Shown one piece after another: positions 19,335 through 28,963 of a DNA stretch of 64,000 nucleotides. The notes under the pieces were generated by a model. The model did not search any database. It saw only the letters and a program-made list of their open reading frames with translations, and was not told the DNA's origin. The DNA is from Gammaproteobacteria bacterium (GTDB taxonomy: Bacteria; Pseudomonadota; Gammaproteobacteria; UBA4575): positions 8,524 to 72,523 of the forward strand of contig CBDCTA010000005.1 in the NCBI GenBank assembly GCA_965221955.1, in the 5' to 3' direction. How positions within the stretch are numbered: the first letter of the stretch is position 1; each line of letters starts with the position of its first letter. A program made the translations under genes and the position numbers.

Positions 19335-20618
19335 CTAGATAATTGCTTCGAATGGGAGTACTTGTACCTCATCATCGACTTCTACGCCACCTGACTCCAT
19401 GGGTAAGATGATAAAACAGTTCGCATCTGACATTGAACGTAAAATTCCTGAACCTTGTGCTCCAGTTTTAACTACTTCATAAGAAGTTGGATTGTTATTT
19501 GTTTTTGAAAGGATTCCTCGTTGGTACTCTATACGTCCTGGCCGTTTACGCAACTTAGTTTTGCAAGCAGCATTTAGCATTAAAGGTTCTTTATATTTAA
19601 GACCCATTAACTTTTTAAGTGCAGGTTGCACAAACATATAAAAGGTCACCATCACTGAAACAGGATTTCCAGGTAGACCGAAAAACCAAGCATTTTTAAT
19701 TTTTCCAAAGGCAAGAGGTCGGCCAGGTTTCATTGCGACTTTCCAGAAATTAACTTCGCCTATTTTCTCTAACGTTTCTTTAACAAAATCTGCTTCGCCA
19801 ACGGATACACCACCCGAAGTAATAATCACATTTGCTTTATCCGCAGCATTTAAAAAAGCTTGTTCCACTGCTTCGCGCTTATCTTCAATGACTCCTAAAT
19901 CAATAATTTCTACTCCTAGCTTTGAAAGCATGCCATGTAAGGTATAACGATTACTGTCATAAATTTGCCCAACTTCTAATTCACTTCCTACAGGTCTAAG
20001 TTCATCACCGGTTGAGAAAAAAGCAATACAAATTTTTTTATTTACATTTACTTCATTAATACCAACAGATGCTATCAACCCTAAGTCAGCAGGTGTAAGC
20101 TGTTTGCCTTTGCAAAGTACTAGTCCGCCTATTGGAATGTCTTCGCCTGCTAAGCGAACGTTTTGACCTATTTTATTCGAATGGTCAATTGTGATGTCAT
20201 TATCATTTACTTCAACATGTTCTTGCATGATCACCGTATCAGTATTGGTAGGCATTGCGGCGCCCGTCATAATGCGTACACATTCGCCTTTATTGACTTC
20301 ACCAGTGTAGGGTCGTCCTGCCCATGATGTTCCAATATTTTTAAGTGTAACAGTATCTTGAGTAGGAATGTCTGCGCCTATAATTGCATAACCATCCATG
20401 GCGGAGTTCGTGTGGCCAGGCACATTAATATTTGAAGTTATATCTTCTGCTAGCGTGCGGCCTAGCGATTCTCGAATAGGTGATTTCTCTGTCTCAGATA
20501 TTGAAGAGATCGTGTTTAAAATTCGTTGTAAGGCTTGATTAGCATCGAGTGAAGCTGGATCAAAATCGTCCATACAACTAGGATCATGTGTTACAGATTC
20601 TGTATTTTTTGATGGCAT
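19335..20618 (-). CDS. moeA: Molybdopterin molybdotransferase
   Basis: NSAMDGYA, RIMTGA, STGDEL, IYDSNR, SGGVSVGEAD, MKPGRP, GLPGNPVS. Confidence 0.95.
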   Translation of the reverse strand: MPSKNTESVTHDPSCMDDFDPASLDANQALQRILNTISSISETEKSPIRESLGRTLAEDITSNINVPGHTNSAMDGYAIIGADIPTQDTVTLKNIGTSWAGRPYTGEVNKGECVRIMTGAAMPTNTDTVIMQEHVEVNDNDITIDHSNKIGQNVRLAGEDIPIGGLVLCKGKQLTPADLGLIASVGINEVNVNKKICIAFFSTGDELRPVGSELEVGQIYDSNRYTLHGMLSKLGVEIIDLGVIEDKREAVEQAFLNAADKANVIITSGGVSVGEADFVKETLEKIGEVNFWKVAMKPGRPLAFGKIKNAWFFGLPGNPVSVMVTFYMFVQPALKKLMGLKYKEPLMLNAACKTKLRKRPGRIEYQRGILSKTNNNPTSYEVVKTGAQGSGILRSMSDANCFIILPMESGGVEVDDEVQVLPFEAII

Positions 20619-20759
20619 AAAAAGGTTTTGATGGTTGAAGCAATAATTATTATTATAATGTCACAACGATATGAACTCGAGTTACTTATTAGAGTCTAAC
20701 ACTCAATTGCATATTTCTGCGTTCAATTTTTCTCTTTAATGATGTATTAATTTATTACC

Positions 20760-21749
20760 ATGCTGCGATTACTCAGTGTAGTGTTTTTACTATTAATTTC
20801 TACTCAGATATTTGCTGAATGGCAAACTGAAGATGCTGCCATTATGGGCACCACAATTCGTGTTGAAGTGTGGCATGAAGATGCAAAATTGCGTCAACAA
20901 GGAATTGACAAAGTATTAGAAGAAATGGAAAGGGTGAATCGCTTAATGAGCCCTTATATTGAAGATAGTCAGCTCTCAAAAATTAATAAGCATGCACATG
21001 AAGGGCCTGTAGAAGTTGATCAAGATTTATTCGATGTAATTAATAGATCACTGGAAGTTTCACGTCTTACTAGCGGAGCATTTGATATTACTTATGCAAG
21101 CGTTGGTCACTTATTCAACTATCGTAAAGAAATCAAACCAAGTGAGGAAGAAATTGAGCAAGCTAGAACATTGATTGATTATAAAAACGTAGTACTTGAT
21201 AAAGATCATTCTAGCGTTGCCTTTTTAAAGCAAGGTGTAAAAATTGATTTGGGTGGAATTGCAAAAGGGTTTGCAGTGGATCAATCGATTCAACATTTGC
21301 GCGATCTTGGTATTCAGCATGCGCTTGTTTCTGCAGGAGGTGATACGCGTTTATTAGGTGATCGACTTGGTCGAGCTTGGCTGGTGGGAATTCGTGATCC
21401 TTCAAATACAGAAGAAGTGATAGTGATGTTACCTTTACAAGATGAAGCGCTATCGACATCTGGTGATTACGAAAGATTTTTTATTGAAGATGGTGAAAAA
21501 TATCACCATATTATTCACCCCAATACCGGCAAATCGGCAAGCGAAGTTCGTAGTGTTTCGATTCTGGCAAGTGATTCAACCACTACGGATGCACTTTCAA
21601 CTAGCATATTTGTAATGGGAGTAAGCGAAGGCCTTAGCTTACTAAATAGTCTTCAAGGAGTGGAAGGAGTCATCATCGATCAACAAGGCAAGCTCTATTA
21701 CTCAGACGGTCTTCAACAAGAAAAAAACGAAACTCATTCCGACTCTTAA
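20760..21749 (+). CDS. apbE: FAD:protein FMN transferase
   Basis: IMGT, GAFDIT, IDLGGIAKGFAVD, SAGGD, STSGDYERF, YHHIIHP.TG, DALST. Confidence 0.93.
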   Translation: MLRLLSVVFLLLISTQIFAEWQTEDAAIMGTTIRVEVWHEDAKLRQQGIDKVLEEMERVNRLMSPYIEDSQLSKINKHAHEGPVEVDQDLFDVINRSLEVSRLTSGAFDITYASVGHLFNYRKEIKPSEEEIEQARTLIDYKNVVLDKDHSSVAFLKQGVKIDLGGIAKGFAVDQSIQHLRDLGIQHALVSAGGDTRLLGDRLGRAWLVGIRDPSNTEEVIVMLPLQDEALSTSGDYERFFIEDGEKYHHIIHPNTGKSASEVRSVSILASDSTTTDALSTSIFVMGVSEGLSLLNSLQGVEGVIIDQQGKLYYSDGLQQEKNETHSDS

Positions 21750-21764
21750 GTGACGTAAATCACA
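21749..21764. promoter_or_regulatory. Candidate CRP/FNR-family binding site
   Basis: AGTGA-cgtaaa-TCACA, 9/10 match to TGTGA-N6-TCACA, in the intergenic region upstream of the large operon. Confidence 0.4.
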
Positions 21765-22024
21765 CTTAACATAGCTGTAAATTCTTTCCAAATTATGAGC
21801 GGTAATCACTTATACCGTTGATCTGTTTAATTTGACCGCCAATACCTCTGCCACGGTTCCACCCATTTAAGGGGTGAATAATCGACACCATATAGTCCTT
21901 AAAAATCAAGGAGATAGGGCTATTATGTGAGAGCACTTATAGCCGTACTATTTTTGATGTTAGTGGCTGAATCTGTGTGAATTTTTTTAATGAAATGGAT
22001 CTTTAGGTGTTACTGGAGTTGGTT

Positions 22025-24955
22025 ATGAAAAGGAACTTTACACATATTTGGGTTTTGATCGCCGTCGTGTGTTCCGTGTTACTGGTTTTACCGAGTTGTA
22101 AAACAGGCTCATCTGAATCTGCAGATGGATTTACAACTATTGGAAATTATCCAATGGTGTACGTGCAAAGAAGCATGGCTGCTCTGGGTAATCCAACCGA
22201 TGGTGTTACTTTTGCACCGGGTGGCGACCTTATGTACAAAGATGCATCTACAGGTGCCATTACCCCTATTAATATCACGTCTGCATATACGCAAGGTCAA
22301 GGCGATGTGTCTGATCCTGCGGTAAATTATGATGCCACTAAAGTTATTTTCTCCATGCGTAGACCAGGGGACGAAACCTTTAGTCTCTGGGAGATGGATG
22401 TTGCTTCAAGACAAATTTCGCAAGTGATGGCAGATCCCGTTGCGGCAGAATTAGGTGATGATGTAGATCCTGCATATTTACCAGATGGCAGAATTGTATT
22501 TACGTCAAACCGTCAAAAGCGCATGTTGGAAATGCAGCTTGAGCAAAATATTGCTCAACATAAAACACTTGATGAATATGAGCGTGAAGATGTTTTAAAC
22601 CTTCATATATTCAATCCTCTTACTCAAGATATTACACAAATTTCATTTAACCAAAGTCATGATCGCAATCCTTCAGTTTTGAAAGACGGTCGCATTATGT
22701 TTAGTCGTTGGGATCACTTAGCGAATCGTAACCACTTCCCAATATTTACGGTTAATCCTGATGGTACTGATTTATTTGTTCTGTATGGTGCATTTAGTCC
22801 AGGTAATTCATTCCTGCATCCAATGGAACAACAGAATGGAAACATTCTAACTACATTAATGCCTTTGTCTGGTACAGATGAAGGTGGCGCACTGTTTACA
22901 ATCAACACAAATAATTATTCCGAACATTGTGAGCCAGCACCAGGCGTTGCACCGGGTTGTAATGGTCAAATTAAACCGGATGGTGCAGTAAACTTAGCAG
23001 AAGTAACTTTTGACGGAAGCTTCTCACCTGGTGGTCGTTACTCATCACCGGACCCATTATGGGATGGTACAGGTCGAGTACTAATCTCACGTGCAATAGC
23101 GCCTCACCCCGATTTTGGTGGCATTCCTGTAGAAACACATCCTTTTAACGGTAGTACGAAGCAAGTATTCGGACCATCAAACTATCGTATTTATATGATG
23201 GACTTTAATAATGATGTACGTCCTGTTCAGACAGGTGCAGCTAATGGTATGGCCTACCTAGACCCTGTAGCCATATATCCACGTCGTTTAAGTGATGTGC
23301 CTGCAATTCGTCCAGATAAACCTGTTAACCCTGCGATGGTGGTTGAGCCTAATGGCTTAGGTGGCCAAGGTATGGGTGTACTAGGTGTGCGTTCGGTTTA
23401 TCACACAGATTTCTTAGACATCATGGGAGATCGTGTTTTAGTGCCTGCATTAGGTGAAAACATTCCTAAAATTGGTAGCACACCTGATTTGTTAGCGTTA
23501 AAAGATCCTAACAATCCAAGTTATTTGAATCGTCCAGGATATTTTGCACGCGTGACACGTGCATTACCAACACCTCCAGGAATTTCGCGAAGTGCAATTG
23601 GTCGCACTAACTTTGAAATGCAAGAAGTATTAGGTTATGTGCCTGTTGAGCCAGATGGTTCAATTTTAGCTAAGGTTCCTGCAGATTCTGCGTTAACCAT
23701 TGCTGTTTTGGATGAATCGGGACGTGCATTTCAAACTCATACAAACTGGTTACAAGTACGTCCAGGTGAAACACGCACTTGTAATGGCTGTCATTCACCT
23801 AGACGTGCGTTGAACTCTATTAATGTTGCACCAATTGCGGGTAGCCATGTTAATGCATTGGGTGCAGAAACGATGGCTGAAACACGTGCACGTTTAAATA
23901 ATGAAACCGCACCTGCATTAAATTCAAATGTGGAGTTTACAGAGTTCTGGTCAAACGGATTAGAGCAAAACTTTACGCTTTCATTAGCAAATTTAGATAC
24001 ACCGGTTCCAGATAACGGCCGTATTGATTACGTAACGCATATACAACCTATCTTTGAAAAAGATCGTGGTGCAAACACATGTACGAGCTGTCATAACAAT
24101 AATTTGTTAGCGGATCCAGTTTCTGGCGGTTTGACATTAGAAGGTGGTTTGTCAGGTTTTGCAGGACATATTATTTCTTATGATCAACTTATGCGTGGTC
24201 CGTTTAAGGTAGATGAAAATGGAAATCCACTACCACCTATTGTGACCGAAAGTGGTCGTGTTATTTTTCCACGTGGCCCTGCATTAGTACGAGTAGGAAG
24301 TTCAGCAAACAGCTCACGTACTAGTCATTTAATAGAAACGGTTTACAACACTAAGCTGAGAGCAGGTGGAAGCTATTCTTTAGGTTTAGTAGATCATTCC
24401 ACAATGTTATCTGCTGATGAAAAATGGTTGCTTTCTACTTGGGTAGATGTAGGCGCGCAATATACTAACGAGCCTTATGAGCTTGTAAACGGACAATATG
24501 TTGTTCGCGATGCAATCGTTTCAAGTAGAACGGTTAGTCGTTCAGTATTCAATGATCAAATTCATCCGATCTTAAAAGCTGAGTGCATGTCATGTCACGT
24601 TGCAGATGGTTTCGATGCAGAGTCTTCTCAAGATCCAAACTTATTTGCAGATGAAAATGATGAAGACCACGAATTTAATCGATTCGTGCTTACAGGAAAT
24701 CAATCTGGTGACTTTAATGTTACTCGTGCAATGATTAATAATCTTTGTGATCCGATGAACAATAATATTCTACTACGTCCAATTTCGGACAACATTGCTC
24801 CTAACTTACCTCATCCACAAATCCTGGTTGATATTAATGATCCAAATGGTGCCACTCGGCCGGTTTTCCAAGACACTGGTCCTGGATCCTCCTACGACAT
24901 AATTTTGACCTGGCTTATGATGGGTGAAGCTAGTAATCCAACCTGTCTAAATTAG
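22025..24955 (+). CDS. Large lipoprotein: TolB/PD40-like beta-propeller, hydrazine synthase alpha (HzsA)-like middle domain and three c-type heme motifs
   Basis: Lipobox LPSC; propeller repeats (DVSDPAV, DVDPAYLPDGRIVFTS, DRNPSVLKDGRIMFSRWD); LGYVPVEPDGS..KVPAD...WLQVRPGETRTCNGCH; CTSCH; CMSCH; SD GGAG before ATG 22025. Confidence 0.78.
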   Translation: MKRNFTHIWVLIAVVCSVLLVLPSCKTGSSESADGFTTIGNYPMVYVQRSMAALGNPTDGVTFAPGGDLMYKDASTGAITPINITSAYTQGQGDVSDPAVNYDATKVIFSMRRPGDETFSLWEMDVASRQISQVMADPVAAELGDDVDPAYLPDGRIVFTSNRQKRMLEMQLEQNIAQHKTLDEYEREDVLNLHIFNPLTQDITQISFNQSHDRNPSVLKDGRIMFSRWDHLANRNHFPIFTVNPDGTDLFVLYGAFSPGNSFLHPMEQQNGNILTTLMPLSGTDEGGALFTINTNNYSEHCEPAPGVAPGCNGQIKPDGAVNLAEVTFDGSFSPGGRYSSPDPLWDGTGRVLISRAIAPHPDFGGIPVETHPFNGSTKQVFGPSNYRIYMMDFNNDVRPVQTGAANGMAYLDPVAIYPRRLSDVPAIRPDKPVNPAMVVEPNGLGGQGMGVLGVRSVYHTDFLDIMGDRVLVPALGENIPKIGSTPDLLALKDPNNPSYLNRPGYFARVTRALPTPPGISRSAIGRTNFEMQEVLGYVPVEPDGSILAKVPADSALTIAVLDESGRAFQTHTNWLQVRPGETRTCNGCHSPRRALNSINVAPIAGSHVNALGAETMAETRARLNNETAPALNSNVEFTEFWSNGLEQNFTLSLANLDTPVPDNGRIDYVTHIQPIFEKDRGANTCTSCHNNNLLADPVSGGLTLEGGLSGFAGHIISYDQLMRGPFKVDENGNPLPPIVTESGRVIFPRGPALVRVGSSANSSRTSHLIETVYNTKLRAGGSYSLGLVDHSTMLSADEKWLLSTWVDVGAQYTNEPYELVNGQYVVRDAIVSSRTVSRSVFNDQIHPILKAECMSCHVADGFDAESSQDPNLFADENDEDHEFNRFVLTGNQSGDFNVTRAMINNLCDPMNNNILLRPISDNIAPNLPHPQILVDINDPNGATRPVFQDTGPGSSYDIILTWLMMGEASNPTCLN

Positions 24956-24976
24956 TAATTAAAACAGAGGTTTGTC

Positions 24977-25465
24977 GTGCAATTATTGCGGCTGGTGTTA
25001 CTACTAGTCGCAGTAGCACCGTTATTCTTATTCCAAGGATGTGATAGTACGTCCAACGAGCCACTTCCAAACAGTGGCCAAAGTCTATGCTTTGATCTTT
25101 ACGAGACGTGCATAGATCCAATTTTTCATAACCTCACTTCTACAGGTAATTCTTGTTCACAGGCAGGTTGTCATAACCCACCTATTGGCCAGGATGGGTT
25201 CTTTTTGTTTCCTGCAGCAGGTATGGGGTCTACAGAAATGATGAATAATTTTAATCAGGTTGAGTCAAGAACACTTAATAACAATTTATTGCTTAGCAAA
25301 GCCACCGGTAATGCTCACGGTGGTGGACAACAATTAAGAGTAGGAGATCTTTGTTATACCGCTATTCAAGAATGGAGTGTTATTAGTTTTAACGGTGGTG
25401 CATGTCCTCCGCTTCCCAGTGGCTGTCCTATGCCAGCACAAATACCACTTTTCTGCGGGCCGTAA
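24977..25465 (+). CDS. Cys-rich lipoprotein, putative atypical cytochrome c (CX4CH)
   Basis: Lipobox FQGC; IDPIF...CSQAGCH...HGGG resembles the third heme domain of the upstream protein. Confidence 0.62.
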   Translation: MQLLRLVLLLVAVAPLFLFQGCDSTSNEPLPNSGQSLCFDLYETCIDPIFHNLTSTGNSCSQAGCHNPPIGQDGFFLFPAAGMGSTEMMNNFNQVESRTLNNNLLLSKATGNAHGGGQQLRVGDLCYTAIQEWSVISFNGGACPPLPSGCPMPAQIPLFCGP

Positions 25466-25509
25466 TTGGTATGAATACAACCAATAATAAACATATGGAT
25501 CGTTACAGC

Positions 25510-26280
25510 ATGAAGCTGAACATAACTCACTTATTTTACGTGATTTTATTTTTTGTTTTGTTATTTGCGCCATTTACTAATGCTTTTGCAGATCTATTTG
25601 GAAAAAAAGAATATCAGCGCGTCAAGATTGTAGATCCCTATATTGAATTACACACAGGTCCAGGTCGAGGTTATCCAATTTTTCATGTAGTCAAACGTCA
25701 TGAGTGGATTGACATCATGAAGCGTAAAACAGATTGGTTCAAAGTGAAAAATGATCGAGGTGTTGAAGGTTGGGTGAGTCGCAAGCAAATGGAGCAAACA
25801 TTAACCGTGGCAGGAATTCCTAAGTCATTTAGAGATGTACTCTATGACGATTTCCTACACCGACGTTTAGAATTTGGTATATCTGCAGGTGAGTTTGATA
25901 ACGATCCAATCGTTTCTGCAAGGCTTGCATACAAATTTTCAGAAAATATCGCACTTGAGTTCCAAGTTTCTAAAGTTGCAGGAAAGTTATCAAGCTCAGA
26001 TATTTATGCCGTCAATCTAGTTTCTATGCCTTTTCCTGATTGGCGACTAACGCCACATTTCACTATTGGTTACGGGCGTTTTGAGAATGAACCTAAAGGT
26101 TCGCTCATTCAAGATGCTGAAACTGAAGATGACCTAGCTAATTATGGTTTAGGGATTCGTTATTACTTAACAAAAAGATTCTTTCTGCGTGGAGATTATC
26201 GACGTTACATCGTTTTATCAGAAGACGATAGAAACGATGAGTTTGATGAATTCAGCGCAGGGGTTTCATTTTTTTTCTGA
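25510..26280 (+). CDS. SH3-domain + outer-membrane beta-barrel protein (GltA/B-like)
   Basis: ELHTGPGRGYPIF...DWFKV...GWV bacterial SH3; alternating beta strands ending GVSFFF; start uncertain (25471 or 25510). Confidence 0.72.
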   Translation: MKLNITHLFYVILFFVLLFAPFTNAFADLFGKKEYQRVKIVDPYIELHTGPGRGYPIFHVVKRHEWIDIMKRKTDWFKVKNDRGVEGWVSRKQMEQTLTVAGIPKSFRDVLYDDFLHRRLEFGISAGEFDNDPIVSARLAYKFSENIALEFQVSKVAGKLSSSDIYAVNLVSMPFPDWRLTPHFTIGYGRFENEPKGSLIQDAETEDDLANYGLGIRYYLTKRFFLRGDYRRYIVLSEDDRNDEFDEFSAGVSFFF

Positions 26281-26302
26281 TGCTTAACTCATAGGACATC
26301 AT

Positions 26303-26941
26303 ATGAAAGTTAAATTACTTATTATTTTATTACTCATGTTTGTGTTACATCCGGTATGCGCTGATGATGAAGCGCCTGAACCTGAATCAACCCAAGAACA
26401 AGTGATTGAACCGGATATCTACCGTAGAGATATCGTCGTACCTCGCATTGATACGGAAAATTTTGAAATCACTGCGTATTACGGCGTATTGGATATCGAA
26501 GATTTTGGTACTGAGCCTGCATATGGATTGCGAGCGGCTTATCACGTAACTGAAGATTTTTTCATAGAAGGTGCAATAGGGATGTCTGAAACATCAGATG
26601 AAACTCTAGAGAATTTGACCACCTTTAATATCCTGCAAGATGAAGACGTTACTTATTACAACGTATCAATTGGTTACAACATCTTTCCTGGCGAGGTGTT
26701 CCTAGGTAGCGATATTGCCATGACCAGTAGTTTTTACCTGATGTTTGGAGTAGGCAACGTTGAGTTTAATGAAGAAGATGAGTTTGCTTATAACATAGGT
26801 TTTGGGTTGAAAGTGTTACCTACAGATTGGTTGTCATTCCGATTTGATGTGCGTGACATCGTATATGAAACAGATTTGTTAGGGGATAACGAATTCACCA
26901 ATAACTTTGAAGTTACGGCAAATGTAGGAGTGTTTTTCTAA
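26303..26941 (+). CDS. Outer-membrane beta-barrel protein (GltA/B-like)
   Basis: Signal peptide, GLRAAYHVTEDFFIE, RFDVRD, C-terminal NVGVFF beta-signal. Confidence 0.78.
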   Translation: MKVKLLIILLLMFVLHPVCADDEAPEPESTQEQVIEPDIYRRDIVVPRIDTENFEITAYYGVLDIEDFGTEPAYGLRAAYHVTEDFFIEGAIGMSETSDETLENLTTFNILQDEDVTYYNVSIGYNIFPGEVFLGSDIAMTSSFYLMFGVGNVEFNEEDEFAYNIGFGLKVLPTDWLSFRFDVRDIVYETDLLGDNEFTNNFEVTANVGVFF

Positions 26942-26989
26942 TGCAGAAAAACATCGCTTTTGAAAAGTTTTATTCAGGGAAGGAATGCT

Positions 26990-27496
26990 ATGAGTAGAAA
27001 TAAGTTATTAGTAATTGGGTTAGTAGCGTTAATTACGTTAAGCATTACCAGTGTTGTGTCGTTTGCCAAAATCAAAGCAAACAGCGCACCAGATTTTGTC
27101 TTGAAAAGCGCAGCAGGAAAGAATGTTCGCTTAAGCGAACTTAAAGGGCGTGTCGTCTTGTTGAACTTTTGGGCAACTTGGTGTGGTCCTTGTGCAGAAG
27201 AAATTCCTCATCTTAATGAACTGCATGCATCAATAGATCCTTATGACTTTGAATTGCTGGGTATCAATATTGATGAAGATCAATCGAAAGCGGTTCATTT
27301 GGCAAAAAAGTTAGATGTTAATTTTCCTATTTTATTTGATGTAGATAAAAGCGTGAGTAAGAACTTTGATATTAAAGCGATGCCTACCACGATCATTATT
27401 GATCGTGAAGGAAAAATTAGACATGTAAATAAAGGTTTCAAGAAAGGTTATATAGAGCGTTACCACAAACAAGTACAAGCCTTGAGAAAAGAGTAG
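26990..27496 (+). CDS. TlpA family thiol-disulfide oxidoreductase
   Basis: APDFVL, NFWATWCGPC, AMPTTIIIDREG. Confidence 0.9.
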   Translation: MSRNKLLVIGLVALITLSITSVVSFAKIKANSAPDFVLKSAAGKNVRLSELKGRVVLLNFWATWCGPCAEEIPHLNELHASIDPYDFELLGINIDEDQSKAVHLAKKLDVNFPILFDVDKSVSKNFDIKAMPTTIIIDREGKIRHVNKGFKKGYIERYHKQVQALRKE

Positions 27497-27502
27497 TTCA
27501 AA

Positions 27503-27775
27503 GTGATTATGCTAAAAAAATTAAAATGCACAGCAGCCAGGCTGATAGTTTTTGGTTTGATAATTTCCATTGGAGCGTGTTCATCATTTAGTTTGCCAAA
27601 CATATCTAACATAGAACCTTGGGTGCCTCCATATGAACGTGAATATTTGGCTGACCCTATTATGAGTTTTAATAAAGATCCACTATCTAATAAATATAGA
27701 CAACATGTTTTTAATACACGTGAAGGTGCGCGAGGTGCGGGTTATGCGCATGGTGGTGGTTGTGGTTGCAATTAA
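27503..27775 (+). CDS. DUF4266 lipoprotein
   Basis: Lipobox IGAC; PWVPPYEREYLADPIM...REGARG...GGGCGCN C-terminus. Confidence 0.85.
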   Translation: MIMLKKLKCTAARLIVFGLIISIGACSSFSLPNISNIEPWVPPYEREYLADPIMSFNKDPLSNKYRQHVFNTREGARGAGYAHGGGCGCN

Positions 27776-27792
27776 ATTTTGTAAATTGATAA

Positions 27793-28915
27793 ATGATTAA
27801 CCTTATATTTAAAACTTATTTATTAATACTTTTGCTAAGTATTTTTACCAATACATGGGCCGAAGTGTTACCCGAAGAACGGGCTGATATTGGGTATCAC
27901 TATTATGATGGTGGTGGGGTAGAAGTAGATGGTGCCACCATGTTGGTGCGTAAAAACTTTGCAGGTAAATATTCTATTTATGGTGGGTATCACCACGATA
28001 GCATAAGTGGTGCTTCACCTGATGTATTAGCTGGTGCAAGTAAATATGATGAAGAGCGTGATGAATACACGATTGGTGGTACGTATTTACGTGATAACAC
28101 CTTAATGGATCTTTCTTACACTTATAGTGATGAGGATGACTACGAATCTAATACAGTAAGTTTCGATATTTCGCATGAAATGTTTGGTGCCATGACAAAG
28201 ATGTATATCGGCACATCGATCGGAGCCGATGATGTTGAACGAACTGATTTGCCAAGTTTTGAAGAAGACTTAGATCGATATTCTTTTCGAGCTGGAATAT
28301 CGCAAGTGATCACCAAAACCTTCGCGATGGCAGTTTGATTATGAAGCCACAGTAGAAGAAGGCTTTCTAAATAACCCATATCGATTCGTATTTTTAAATG
28401 GCGTATCTCTTGGTAGTGGATCAGAAGAATATCCCGATACCCGTACAGGACAAGCTTATGCTCTAAAGGGAATTAAATATTGGCAACATCGCGCCTCCAC
28501 ATCTCTCGGTTATCGGTTTTATAGGGACACTTGGGATGTTCGTTCCCATACCTTAGACCTTAATTATTCACAATACATTGGAAATCAATGGGTTGTTGAC
28601 GTTTATGGACGTTATTACACGCAAGATAAGGCGGATTTCTATAGCGACAATTTCACCGCCCAGTTGAGGTATATGGCGCGAGATAAAGAGCTAAGTAGTT
28701 TTGATAGTTTTGCAGTAGGCGGGCGACTTCGTTACGACTTATTTAAGGATTATAAATTTTTACGTACCGCTTCATTAAATCTCGCAGTTGAGTATTTGGA
28801 TTATGACTATGACGATTATTCCGGAATTGAATCAGTGGCAGATACTGCAAGTTTAGGCGGTGGATATTCATTTGATGCAACTACTATTCAATTTTACATT
28901 TCAACTTGGTTTTAA
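27793..28915 (+). pseudogene. DUF3570 outer-membrane beta-barrel, interrupted by a 1-nt frameshift at ~28334-28336
   Basis: Frame 1 stops at TGA 28336-28338; the frame from GAT 28337 reads open DYEATVEEGFLNNPYRF...YPDTR...RFYRDTWDVRSHT...ARDKELS...ISTWF; joined product about 373 aa. Confidence 0.8.
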
Positions 28916-28963
28916 CTGTTGGGTTTAGCAAAAAGAAGCAGTTTGAGTTTGCGGAGAAAAAAG

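Noticed and set aside
22025-24955. Bona fide hydrazine synthase/anammox pathway
   Set aside because: No hzsB/hzsC or hao/hdh genes, gammaproteobacterial context, and a lipoprotein signal; only a domain-level resemblance is supported
28336-28338. Selenocysteine or stop read-through at the DUF3570 TGA
   Set aside because: The same frame hits another TGA two codons later; the homologous sequence continues in a different frame
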